From positions 2,560,001-2,624,000 of the forward strand of contig OY764159.1 in the NCBI GenBank assembly GCA_963668175.1: a stretch of 64,000 nt of DNA, read 5' to 3'. Source of the DNA: Syntrophales bacterium. Its GTDB lineage: Bacteria; Desulfobacterota; Syntrophia; Syntrophales; PHBD01. Below, in pieces: positions 49,342-61,426 of the stretch (position 1 is its first letter; every line of letters begins with the position of its first letter). The notes beneath the pieces are model-generated. The model ran no database searches, had not been told where the DNA came from, and saw only the letters and a list, made by a program, of their open reading frames with translations. Position numbers and translations under genes: made by a program.

Positions 49342-49662
49342 TTATCCTCCCATTTGCCTGTAGCGCTGGCGAGTCAAATCGATATCCTGCCGCCTTGTTT
49401 TTCTTGTTTTCTTTTGAAATGCGTGAAGCACATAAACGGCATCGCGAAGATTGGCTATATAGATAACCCGCCACTCCCCAAGAAAATGAATACGAATTTC
49501 TTTAACGCCGGAGCCGACAGCCTGTATTGGCTTCCAGTCGCTTGGTTCAAGTCCCGACTGAATGGCGTGGAGTTCAAAACCGGCAGCCCGTCTTGCTTCA
49601 TCGGGGAAGTTCCGGAGATCTTCCAGACTCGATCACACGAATTTCAACGGTTTCATCTTCAT
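49342..49662 (-). pseudogene. RelE/Gp49-like toxin with a premature stop at codon 10
   Basis: Manual translation MKMKPLKFV*SSLEDLRNFPDEARRAAGFEL...DWKP...GVKEIRI...RVIY...VYVLHAFQKKT...; TGA at 49633-49635. Confidence 0.85.
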
Positions 49663-49727
49663 GGCGCCATTATATAAGTTTTTGTATATTTGGCAAGAAT
49701 AAATTCCCGGTCAATGAATACCCGGGG

Positions 49728-49825
49728 TTCCGGGGACGCAATCCCCCCTGGTCCGGGGACACGTTTCCTAGTCAGGGGGCAGTGTTCCCGGAAATTCTCG
49801 AATTAAGTATGGTGTCCCCGGAATC
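49728..49825. repeat. Cassette-spacer palindromic repeat R2 (composite)
   Basis: TTCCGGGGACGC...CCGGGGACAC...CCTAGTCAGGGG...GTGTTCCCGGAA...AATTAAGTATGGTGTCCCCGGAAT. Confidence 0.8.
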
Positions 49826-49876
49826 GTTAATAGGAATTGCCGTGAATTATGGTTTGAAGGAAAGTTATGCGGCCGA

Positions 49877-50713
49877 TTAATCTGACGGCTTGGCATTCGG
49901 CTGTATGGGTTTGTTAGAAGTGCCATATGGTTCTTGACGGCACAACTTGAACCACTCGCACGCTATCCCTCGAAACGGCTTATAAGGTTTATTGTTCTGA
50001 ATTGCGTGAACCTGATTCCATGGTATGAAGTGATATGAATTTCTGTCGTCGAGGATCAGTACCCCCTTTTCAAAAGTTCTCAGAATATTTCCCGAAACTG
50101 AGGCAGATGGTGCACTTCGTTCTATGGTTACCTTGGAAGGTTTACGGACGGTCGCATCTAACGCAGCATTGTATCCACTAAAAAATGCGACAATTACGAT
50201 AATAGGTAAGAATGTGAATCCAAACTGAACTTGTCTACTACGACGAATTTTAATGAGGGGAGCCGCGTAACACCACTCCGCAAATCCCATCCACACAATC
50301 GATAACATCAAAGGTAGTATAGACGCAAAAACATCCCCAATCAACACATAGATAATCACATAAAGTGGTGCCGTCCAGGCCATTAATTTCCATGGGCCTT
50401 CTCGAAACTTTCGCATCCGTTCCGGATTAGAAGCAGACTCAATAATTTCCTTTTCATTTAGCCCTCGTTCTATTCTCTTGAACTGGAATTCAATAGCAAC
50501 ACTACCAAGAAGAAAGAATAGAAGGTATGGAAACCATAGTAGGCCACTCCGAAAATGATCAGTGGTCGTTGTATGCAATTTCGCAAAATCTAAGCCCAAA
50601 GCGTAAAAGAAGCCCCAATCGTAAATGACAGAAACGACAAATCCGGCGGCAACTGCAACGGCAACGCCTTCTGCAAGGGTGCCCAAAGATATAGCTTTAT
50701 ATTCACTTAGCAT
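49877..50713 (-). CDS. AT-rich hypothetical membrane protein
   Basis: 278-aa ORF with about five hydrophobic helices, flanked by R2 and R3. Confidence 0.7.
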   Translation of the reverse strand: MLSEYKAISLGTLAEGVAVAVAAGFVVSVIYDWGFFYALGLDFAKLHTTTTDHFRSGLLWFPYLLFFLLGSVAIEFQFKRIERGLNEKEIIESASNPERMRKFREGPWKLMAWTAPLYVIIYVLIGDVFASILPLMLSIVWMGFAEWCYAAPLIKIRRSRQVQFGFTFLPIIVIVAFFSGYNAALDATVRKPSKVTIERSAPSASVSGNILRTFEKGVLILDDRNSYHFIPWNQVHAIQNNKPYKPFRGIACEWFKLCRQEPYGTSNKPIQPNAKPSD

Positions 50714-50723
50714 AAAAAATCAC

Positions 50724-50812
50724 ATAACTCTGGAGACATCCATACTAAATAAAGGGAAAAATCGATCAATAAGTCCGCGTCCCCTGACTAGGGGGTGGTG
50801 TCTCCGGAATTC
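50724..50812. repeat. Cassette-spacer palindromic repeat R3
   Basis: ATAACTCTGGAGACATCCATACTAAATAAAGGGAAAAATCGATCAATAAGT[CCGCGTCCCCTGACTAGGGGG]TGGTGTCTCCGGAATTC. Confidence 0.85.
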
Positions 50813-51153
50813 TTTTGACACGAATCCAAGTTCCTCTTTTCGATTTTAGTTGCTGAAAGAATATCTTTTAATAGACCTAATACGTATGTGTAAAAGAGAA
50901 TTGCCGCCGCAAGAAAAAAACCCGATTTGCCTGTCGCGTAATAATGACTACCAATAATCATAAGAACAGCTATTAATTTTAAGAATTCAATTTGAAAATA
51001 ACCATATTTTTCATGAAATTTAAAGTATTTATTATCTATTGAATGATGATGCTTTTTCGCATAGTAGAGTAAAATTGCATCTAGAAAATAAAATACTATC
51101 AATGAATATTCGATAAATGAATCAAGTATCGATATATACTCTGTTAATTTCAT
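50788..51153 (-). CDS. Very AT-rich hypothetical membrane protein; stop codon lies inside repeat R3
   Basis: 121-aa ORF with three hydrophobic segments; its tail NSGDTTP* is translated repeat sequence. Confidence 0.55.
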   Translation of the reverse strand: MKLTEYISILDSFIEYSLIVFYFLDAILLYYAKKHHHSIDNKYFKFHEKYGYFQIEFLKLIAVLMIIGSHYYATGKSGFFLAAAILFYTYVLGLLKDILSATKIEKRNLDSCQKNSGDTTP

Positions 51154-51164
51154 GAGGCCTCATT

Positions 51165-51430
51165 AATAATTCTGGAAACACCATACTCAATAGAGGCAAA
51201 AATCGATCAATAAGTACCGCGCGCGCCCCCGGACTAGGGGGTGGTATGCCCGAGATTGTTGACATATCGTTAGCCGATAAGTATCAAAGTATGAAAATAC
51301 ACATATATTTTATATAATCCATTGCCCTTGTCAAGCGTCTAATTCGCGGCAACGGACTTATACGCGGTTCCTGGCGGTGCATTGCGCGGGTGAGCCTGCG
51401 GGAGTGTTAACGGCAAAATGAATGAGCCCC
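51165..51430. repeat. Repeat R4 plus conserved leader (homologous to 59483-59735)
   Basis: AATAATTCTGGAAACACCATACTCAATAGAGGCAAAAATCGATCAATAAGTA...; leader TATATAATCCATT.C.CTTGTCAAGCG...CTTAT...CGGTTC..GGCGGTGC. Confidence 0.8.
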
Positions 51431-51590
51431 CCCCGGAGTGCGGCGCGTTTGATTCGCGTAATCCGGGGCGGCGTCTGCGGCGGGAATTAGGGGAGGATAG
51501 AAAGATAACGCCCGTTCTGCCGGGGCGGCTTCGCGGCGTGGGCGTGGACTTCGAGGGAGCTTTGGGGATTCCGGCCGACGCTCGATGCGC

Positions 51591-51645
51591 CAAATAGAAA
51601 CGGCCCCCGTACCGGTTCGTCGCCCGGCGGCGGGGGCCGCATCCA
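51591..51645 (-). terminator. Terminator-like repeat, copy 2 of 3
   Basis: CAAATAGAAACGGCCCCCGTACCGGTTCGTCGCCCGGCGGCGGGGGCCGC. Confidence 0.75.
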
Positions 51646-51661
51646 GGAATTGTATCGCACA

Positions 51662-53143
51662 TCAGCCGATCAGCCTAGTTACTTGGCCGCACTCCCTGCA
51701 AATGCGAGTTCGGGACATATGAGAACTTCTCCGGAGCAGGTAGCCATGCGCGGCGCAATAGCGCTTTCCGCAAAACGTGCACTCGTGCCATCTGGTTCCC
51801 ACCGTCGTGCCCCCTGCGCGATAGACAGCGCCGCATCCTTTCTCGCAACATGCGTTCGCCGGCGAGGCAACGCCGTGCTTGTCTTCGGGTTTGGGTAGCA
51901 GCGTGCGCCAGATCCTTTTCCAGTCCGCCTCATGGACGGTAAGGGCATCCAGAAACAGGTTGCCGCCTATGGCCAGATTCTGAGGCGTGTTCTGGAGCCG
52001 CGGGTGCTTTTGCAGACGGTTGAACGCGGCCTTGTGTCCCACGTCCATCGTGTTCACGGATGTCTGGAGAAGCGAAACTCCGTATTTGAGGTAATGATAG
52101 CAATCCAGGTGCCAGCGCGTATTGAGGGCTTTCGCGATTTTAATGTAATCGGGGGCCTCTCCCGTATCGGGGAGGGGGTGCCACGATTCCCCCCGGCCGA
52201 GATGAATCGAAGAGGGCGGATAGTTTGCGGCATACATATAGGTGGTGCAAGGGAAGCAGGAGGCCATTTTCGTCGTGTCCTTACCCACGGCCATTTCGTA
52301 CGGCGTGCACCAGGGGCCGCATTTGATGGATTCCCGTATCGCCCAGCTCATCCCGTGAACATATCCGACGACGCCTTTATGACGCAGGCGAGATTCCTCG
52401 TCAGATGATAACGGGCCCATTCCCTTGGACGGATCGGGACTCAGATTCATCTCCGGATTCTTCGGCGGACTGATGAGCCCGTGTTCGCGTTGCCCGAAGC
52501 CGCCTTCCTTGTGCCACCGGTTCTCGTGCGGCACGACGATGCGTTTTGTGGGCTGCACGAGCGTGTTGTGATAGACGGGATCGTCGATCATGCCCGTGTA
52601 GGCGCCCCTGCCATAATAGCCCCCCGGCTGGTACATCTCCTGTTTTCCCCGGGTTATTCCCCCTGGATCAGCAGGGGGCTTGACTCTCGCGGGGCCGGTA
52701 ACCATCGCGCCCCCCGCGCGGCCGGTGATTCGTTCACCGATGTCCCATTGCGGCGATTGCGCATCCTTGATCAATGGGCTGTGCAAATGGTTCTTATTGA
52801 GCACCTGGGTCATCGCCTCGACGACGACGAGGAAGGACTGCATTTCTTCCAGATGCTCGATATATTCCTGCTTCGCCTTTTTCCATTTCTCTTGATCCGC
52901 TGGTTTACCTTCTAGCATCGTAAGATCATGATCGAATTGCGGATTGTCCATTCTTTCGAAGAGGAGCGTCGTTTCGGGGTCCTTCGTTTCGATATCGAAG
53001 CTGAACGGCTGTTCGAGATGTATCCGCGTGGCGCTGAATCCCAGCACGGTCGCAGTGACAATAACATCGGCTTCATGATTGCAGCGCTCTTGATATGTTC
53101 TGTGATCCAAGTGAATGTTATCACCGAGTATTGTTTTCATCAT
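51662..53143 (-). CDS. Hypothetical protein with a C-terminal FYVE-like zinc finger
   Basis: GGAGG RBS before ATG 53143; central ASCFPC...HLGRGESW; C-terminal CEKGC...RWHECTFCGKRYCAAH...RICREC. Confidence 0.72.
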   Translation of the reverse strand: MMKTILGDNIHLDHRTYQERCNHEADVIVTATVLGFSATRIHLEQPFSFDIETKDPETTLLFERMDNPQFDHDLTMLEGKPADQEKWKKAKQEYIEHLEEMQSFLVVVEAMTQVLNKNHLHSPLIKDAQSPQWDIGERITGRAGGAMVTGPARVKPPADPGGITRGKQEMYQPGGYYGRGAYTGMIDDPVYHNTLVQPTKRIVVPHENRWHKEGGFGQREHGLISPPKNPEMNLSPDPSKGMGPLSSDEESRLRHKGVVGYVHGMSWAIRESIKCGPWCTPYEMAVGKDTTKMASCFPCTTYMYAANYPPSSIHLGRGESWHPLPDTGEAPDYIKIAKALNTRWHLDCYHYLKYGVSLLQTSVNTMDVGHKAAFNRLQKHPRLQNTPQNLAIGGNLFLDALTVHEADWKRIWRTLLPKPEDKHGVASPANACCEKGCGAVYRAGGTTVGTRWHECTFCGKRYCAAHGYLLRRSSHMSRTRICRECGQVTRLIG

Positions 53144-53576
53144 GGCCTCCTTTGCCCGTGATGCTACAACAGGGTCCAGAACCCGGAGGTGATAAAAGCG
53201 AAAAAGGAAAGATAAGGGAATGATCTCCACCGTCCGGCGTTAAATCCGGCCGCACCTGGGGTCAGGGCGGCTTCCGGCATGCTTCAGCAGGAGCAGGTCG
53301 AGCGCAGCGCTGGCTTCTTCGTCGAAAATCCGCTGAAAAAAATGCCTTTTCATCAGCGCATTTCTGATTAGGAACTTGCTATAAAAAAATCGTACGCAAA
53401 ACGGAATTGCCTGTCAAGGAATAAATGAATAACTTGAAATAATATTAGTAACATATGCGTGTAGATAACCCCGGAGTGCCCGTGTCGCGGGGGTCAATAT
53501 ATAGATCGTTATGCTATTTCTTATACATATACTCTAGGGATATGCTTCTCGTGCGATCCGGGCGCTGATGCAGGCT

Positions 53577-53634
53577 CAAATAGAAACGGCCCCCGGCACC
53601 GGTTCGTCGCCCGGCGGCGGGGGCCGCGTCCACA

Positions 53635-53648
<14 letters not shown>
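53577..53648 (-). terminator. Terminator-like repeat, copy 3 of 3
   Basis: CAAATAGAAACGGCCCCCGGCACCGGTTCGTCGCCCGGCGGCGGGGGCCGC...AAAGGTGTCGCGAA. Confidence 0.75.
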
Positions 53649-57312
<3,664 letters not shown>

Positions 57313-57313
57313 T

Positions 57314-57488
57314 TAGCAGGCTGTTGAAAAACGCCCATCTGTCGTTTATCACCTTCAGGTGACGTCGCGCCGCAAGCCTCGTCAATCGACATACCTCTAT
57401 GTATGCCTCATTCCTCAGCTTTTGCGCGTCTTACATCTGGACATTTTTGAACAGCCTGTTTGTAATCGAGTTTTTCAAAAAGCTGTTA
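57314..57488. mobile_element. MITE-like element, copy 4 (no C-run/G-run hairpin inserts)
   Basis: TAGCAGGCTGTTGAAAAACGCCCATCTG...CATCTGGACATTTTTGAACAGCCTG...ATCGAGTTTTTCAAAAAGCTGTTA; abuts the nifJ RBS. Confidence 0.82.
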
Positions 57489-57815
57489 ATATGAACCTAT
57501 AAGCTATAGGTCGAATGACACAAACAGCAATCCAACAGCACGTGCCTTCTTAGGGTGTAGCCTCGGAATTGGAAGCAGCCTCGGAATGGGTGGACATCCG
57601 GTAACCGGGGATAGACTTAAGATGTGACAGAACTATACTGGACGATAGCCGCTGTAACACAAAAATGTAAGATTATCAAAAGAAAATTGAAACGCCCGAA
57701 GGCGGCGATAACAGGGCGAAATTCCCTGTCCCCGGCGGCTTCGGCGGGGGTGATAACGTTACCTGAACCGGTAGGTCAGGGGAAATATCCGTTTTCTCCT
57801 TGAGAAAACTTATCA

Positions 57816-57874
57816 CCGCGTCCCCTGAACAGGGGATGGACGTCCCCTGACCAGGGGCGCGTGGCCCGGAATTG
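57816..57874. repeat. Repeat R5 (right half with two hairpins)
   Basis: CCGCGTCCCCTGAACAGGGGATGGACGTCCCCTGACCAGGGGCGCGTGGCCCGGAATTG. Confidence 0.75.
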
Positions 57875-57895
57875 CGGAACTTGTATATTGCAAAT

Positions 57896-58414
57896 TCATT
57901 CAAATCGAGAAATGAATTCTCCAATTTGGTCAAATCTATTTAATTGAATCAGATATAAAATTCCCACAGTGAATAATATAAATGGTATCGAAAGCATAAT
58001 AAAATAAGAGCCATGATATAAACCCAACGTTGCGAAAAAAATAAATACTAAGGCTACAATAAGAGAGCTATAATTAACAATTCCTTTAATTTGAAGAATC
58101 TGATCGTTGTACTTAATAAAAATGAATCCCCTCATTATGGGTGTATATACGAGAAAGCTTGCAGATAGCATTGATTCCCTGAAGCCAATTTCGCTACTGC
58201 TAAATTCATGAAAAATTATCGGTTGAAACCATTTACTTCTATTTTGCGCATTCAATTCTTCTATGGGCGGTATTTTCCTGAAATTATATTCTTTGGAATA
58301 AATCACTAACCCTCTGGTGAAAAGGGTTCTGGACCAAGTCGATTCTAAAGACGCTTCCAGCACAATAATTGCGATGACTGTTAGTACCCCGATAATAATC
58401 ATGGTCTCGTTCAT
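57896..58414 (-). CDS. AT-rich hypothetical membrane protein
   Basis: One N-terminal and two C-terminal TM helices; flanked by R5 and R6; start uncertain. Confidence 0.65.
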   Translation of the reverse strand: MNETMIIIGVLTVIAIIVLEASLESTWSRTLFTRGLVIYSKEYNFRKIPPIEELNAQNRSKWFQPIIFHEFSSSEIGFRESMLSASFLVYTPIMRGFIFIKYNDQILQIKGIVNYSSLIVALVFIFFATLGLYHGSYFIMLSIPFILFTVGILYLIQLNRFDQIGEFISRFE

Positions 58415-58449
58415 CTTTCTTAACCCATGATATGTTTCACAACAATCGG

Positions 58450-58555
58450 TAATTCTTGGGACCCTTATTATATAGAGGAAAAAATCGGCGAATAAGTGCC
58501 GCGTCACCTGACCAGGGGAGCGTGCTCACTGACTCGGGGAGGTGTTCCCGGCATT
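58450..58555. repeat. Repeat R6
   Basis: TAATTCTTGGGACCC...TAGAGGAAAAAATCGGCGAATAAGT[GCCGCGTCACCTGACCAGGGG]...GGTGTTCCCGGCATT. Confidence 0.75.
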
Positions 58556-58805
58556 AGGCTACTGATTAAGAGTCGGTTGTTCTTCTCGCAGTCTTTGCCG
58601 CCATCGGAGCAAATGCCGTCCGACAAGAAAACATGTATATTTTTGTATTGAAATACAATATTATTAGGCGTATTTAATATAGTCATATAGAGATTTCACG
58701 AATCATTTCTACTCCTGCACCCCCCGGAGGGTCGCACTTCCATGTCTGCAACAAAGAAGAGCAATATATCAAGATCGTTATTTCTTTGAAAGGAGCATAT
58801 CGCAT

Positions 58806-59420
58806 ATGATTCATCCCGTTAGATTATATCAATCCGTTTATCGCATCATAACCGCTTTCACAATTTTTGTAATTTTGACAGGGTGTGCAGGGGGACGCGA
58901 TTTCACACGTCCTGATCCCGGAAGCCTTCAGCTTGGCAAAACAACATATGAAGAAGTCATTCAGAAATATGGAGATCCGCTTCGCCCGACAACAAAAATT
59001 ATAGATGGAGAAACGGTAAACGAAATTTCTTATTCATATGCGTATGCTGTGCCTTACACGACTACGGTACGCTCTCGCTCGTCTTCATTTTCTTTCTGGA
59101 AGGGCGCGTTGATTGGCTATCGATACACGAGCTCCTTCCCTGAGGATAATGCCAAATTTGACGATGGAAAAGTTTCCGCAATTACACGTGGTGTAACAAA
59201 GAAACAACAAGTCATCGATTTGCTGGGTGTGCCGGCAGGTTATTCTCAATATCCGCTTATTAAAGAAAAGAATACCCTGGGTTTGGTTTACACAGCCTAC
59301 GAAACGTGGCGCATACCGTTCACACCCACTCTGCGTTATATCACTAAGACCTTGATCGTTACCTGCGGGCCGGATGATATCGTCATTTCTACGGAACTTT
59401 CATCCTCTGAGTCGAAATAA
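58806..59420 (+). CDS. Hypothetical lipoprotein with two BamE/SmpA-like repeats
   Basis: Lipobox LTGC; LGKTTYEEVIQKYGDP and RGVTKKQQVIDLLGVP; AGGAG upstream. Confidence 0.75.
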   Translation: MIHPVRLYQSVYRIITAFTIFVILTGCAGGRDFTRPDPGSLQLGKTTYEEVIQKYGDPLRPTTKIIDGETVNEISYSYAYAVPYTTTVRSRSSSFSFWKGALIGYRYTSSFPEDNAKFDDGKVSAITRGVTKKQQVIDLLGVPAGYSQYPLIKEKNTLGLVYTAYETWRIPFTPTLRYITKTLIVTCGPDDIVISTELSSSESK

Positions 59421-59440
59421 TGCCTTGATGCGAGCAGATT

Positions 59441-59735
59441 AATTCCAGGGACGCCATCCCCCCTAGTCAGGGGACGCGCCCATTTCCGGGGACACGGTGC
59501 TGAATAGATGGAAAAATCGATATATAAGTAACGCCTCCCCTGACGGGGAGATCGTGTGCCCGGAATTGCGGATATATCGTGGATCAATGAGTATCCAAGT
59601 ATAAGAATTCAAATATACTTTATATAATCCATTCCTCTTGTCAAGCGGGTATTATGTCGCAATAGGCTTATGCCCGGTTCTCGGCGGTGCGGGGTGCTGA
59701 CTGCTGCGGGGAGTCTTTCAAATGAATAAAAAACC
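59441..59735. repeat. Repeat R7 plus conserved leader (homologous to 51165-51430)
   Basis: AATTCCAGGGACGCCATCCCCCCTAGTCAGGGGACGCG...TTTCCGGGGACAC...GAAAAATCGAT..ATAAGTA...GTGCCCGGAATT, then the leader. Confidence 0.8.
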
Positions 59736-59768
59736 CCCTCCCTCCCCATGGATAGGGGAAAGAGGGGG
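59728..59768 (-). terminator. Rho-independent terminator of the flavocytochrome operon
   Basis: AAAAAA-CCCCCTC.CTCCCC...GGGGAAAGAGGGGG (hairpin plus T tract on the minus strand). Confidence 0.65.
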
Positions 59769-59807
59769 CGGATGAATTGGTTATTTCCTCAGAGTCCTAT
59801 GCGTCTA

Positions 59808-61376
59808 TTACGCCCAGGGTTTCAGCCCGGCGATCCTCGCGCCGGCGAGGCGGCCGAAGGTAACGGCGTTCGTGAGGTGCCAGCCGCTCCGGTAGCCCAC
59901 GCTGTTCGTGTAGCCGCCCGCAACGTGGCCCGCCGCATAGAGGCGGGGGATGATCTGCATGTCGGGGTCGAGGACGTGGGACTCGTCGTCGATCCGGAGT
60001 CCCCCCATCGTCATGACGATGCCCACGAGGCCCTTCCATCCGTAGAAGGGAGGCGTCTTCAGTTCGATCAGGTACTTGGGGTTGCGGCGGAACTGGGCGT
60101 CTTCCTTCTTCGCCACGGCCTGGTTGTAGGCCTCCACGGTCTTCTTGAGGCCCGCGGGGTCGATGGAAAGCTTTCCCGCCAGCTCTTCCAGGGTGTCGGC
60201 CTTCTTGATGATGTAGCCGTCGCCCTTGATCCCCTTGAGGAAAAGCTCCTGCTGTCCGCGGAAGTTCGTGGAGAGGCGGGGATTCGCCGCGATGTCCTTC
60301 GCCGCCGTTTCGTCGAAGACGCAGACGAACTGGTTGTTCACCTTCTGGACCTCGGGCATCAGCGGCGTGTAGTGGCCCTGGACGATCTCGTCGCAGAAGC
60401 GCCTGCCGCCCTTGTCGACGAGGATGAGGCCGCTCCTCGCCAGGAGGTCGTAGCGGCACCAGAGGGTGTACTTGCCCGGGGCGACCTCGACGCAGTGGGG
60501 ATGGCCCTCGGGGGAGAAGCCCGTGATGTCCGCGCCCAGTTTCTGGGCCATGCGGATGCCGTCGCCGGTGTTGCCCGGGTGGCCGACGAAGATCGAGCCC
60601 TTGAGTTCCGGGAAGTGGCCCTCGATGTAGGGCTGGTTGGCGGCGAAGTCGCCCGTCGCGATGAGGACGGCCTTCTTCACCTTGATGTTCATGACCTTGC
60701 CTTTTTCGCCCACGCACTCGACGCCGGCCACCTCGCCCAGGGGCGTGGACAGGCCGCAGTTGTCCAGATAGAGCCTCGTGGCCTTCGTTTCGAGGAGGAT
60801 GGGCACCTTGCGCTTACGCACCTCGCCCGTGAGGGCCTTCATGAGCTTCGCGCCGCCGTTGGCCTCGCGGTAGCAGCGGTCCACCGTGTAACCGGGCAGG
60901 GGATCGACGTTGGTCCACTTCAGGCCCGCGGCCTGGAGGAACTTGTACGTGTCGAGGGCGTTCTCGATGAGCTTGCGGGCCAGCTTCGGGTTGACGCCGT
61001 TGTTCGACGTCTTCATCGTGTCCTGGTACCACTTTTCGTTGGAATCGTTGGTGATCCCGGCGGCCTTCTGGAGGTCCGTCCCTGCCGCCATGACCGTTCC
61101 CGAGGATAGGAGGCCCGCCCCGCCGGGGAAGGGCATCTTTTCCAGGACGAGGACCGATTTGTCCCCGGCGTCGGCGGCGGCGATGGCCGCGGAGCAGCCC
61201 GCCACGCCCGCGCCGATGATGAGAATGTTGACCTCGCGATCCCACTTCTTAGGCGGCTGCGCCGCCTGCGCATCTTTGCCGCTTAAATTGACGAGGGCAA
61301 GCGAACCCAGGCCCGCGGCCGTAGCCTTCATGAATCCCCGTCTCGAAAAAGACGTCTTTTTGCGTTCTTCCGACAT
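59808..61376 (-). CDS. Tat-exported flavoprotein subunit of a flavocytochrome c-type reductase
   Basis: SRRGFM Tat motif; IIGAGVAG, ATGDF, NTGDG, TMGGL and LYAAG motifs. Confidence 0.92.
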   Translation of the reverse strand: MSEERKKTSFSRRGFMKATAAGLGSLALVNLSGKDAQAAQPPKKWDREVNILIIGAGVAGCSAAIAAADAGDKSVLVLEKMPFPGGAGLLSSGTVMAAGTDLQKAAGITNDSNEKWYQDTMKTSNNGVNPKLARKLIENALDTYKFLQAAGLKWTNVDPLPGYTVDRCYREANGGAKLMKALTGEVRKRKVPILLETKATRLYLDNCGLSTPLGEVAGVECVGEKGKVMNIKVKKAVLIATGDFAANQPYIEGHFPELKGSIFVGHPGNTGDGIRMAQKLGADITGFSPEGHPHCVEVAPGKYTLWCRYDLLARSGLILVDKGGRRFCDEIVQGHYTPLMPEVQKVNNQFVCVFDETAAKDIAANPRLSTNFRGQQELFLKGIKGDGYIIKKADTLEELAGKLSIDPAGLKKTVEAYNQAVAKKEDAQFRRNPKYLIELKTPPFYGWKGLVGIVMTMGGLRIDDESHVLDPDMQIIPRLYAAGHVAGGYTNSVGYRSGWHLTNAVTFGRLAGARIAGLKPWA

Positions 61377-61426
61377 TTTTTTATTCCCTTTCTTTCATAT
61401 GTTGTTTCTTAACACCGATTCAGGCA

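Noticed and set aside
49633..49635. TGA in the RelE-like toxin as selenocysteine
   Set aside because: The position appears to correspond to Gly, not Cys, in the family pattern; a single GGA-to-TGA change is the simpler explanation
48956..51257. Repeats R1-R4 as a CRISPR array
   Set aside because: Units are 70-100 bp, divergent and separated by whole genes; no cas genes in the window
48619..51430. Classical integron
   Set aside because: No intI in the window and the spacer repeats lack RYYYAAC/GTTRRRY boxes; only one decayed attC-like half-site
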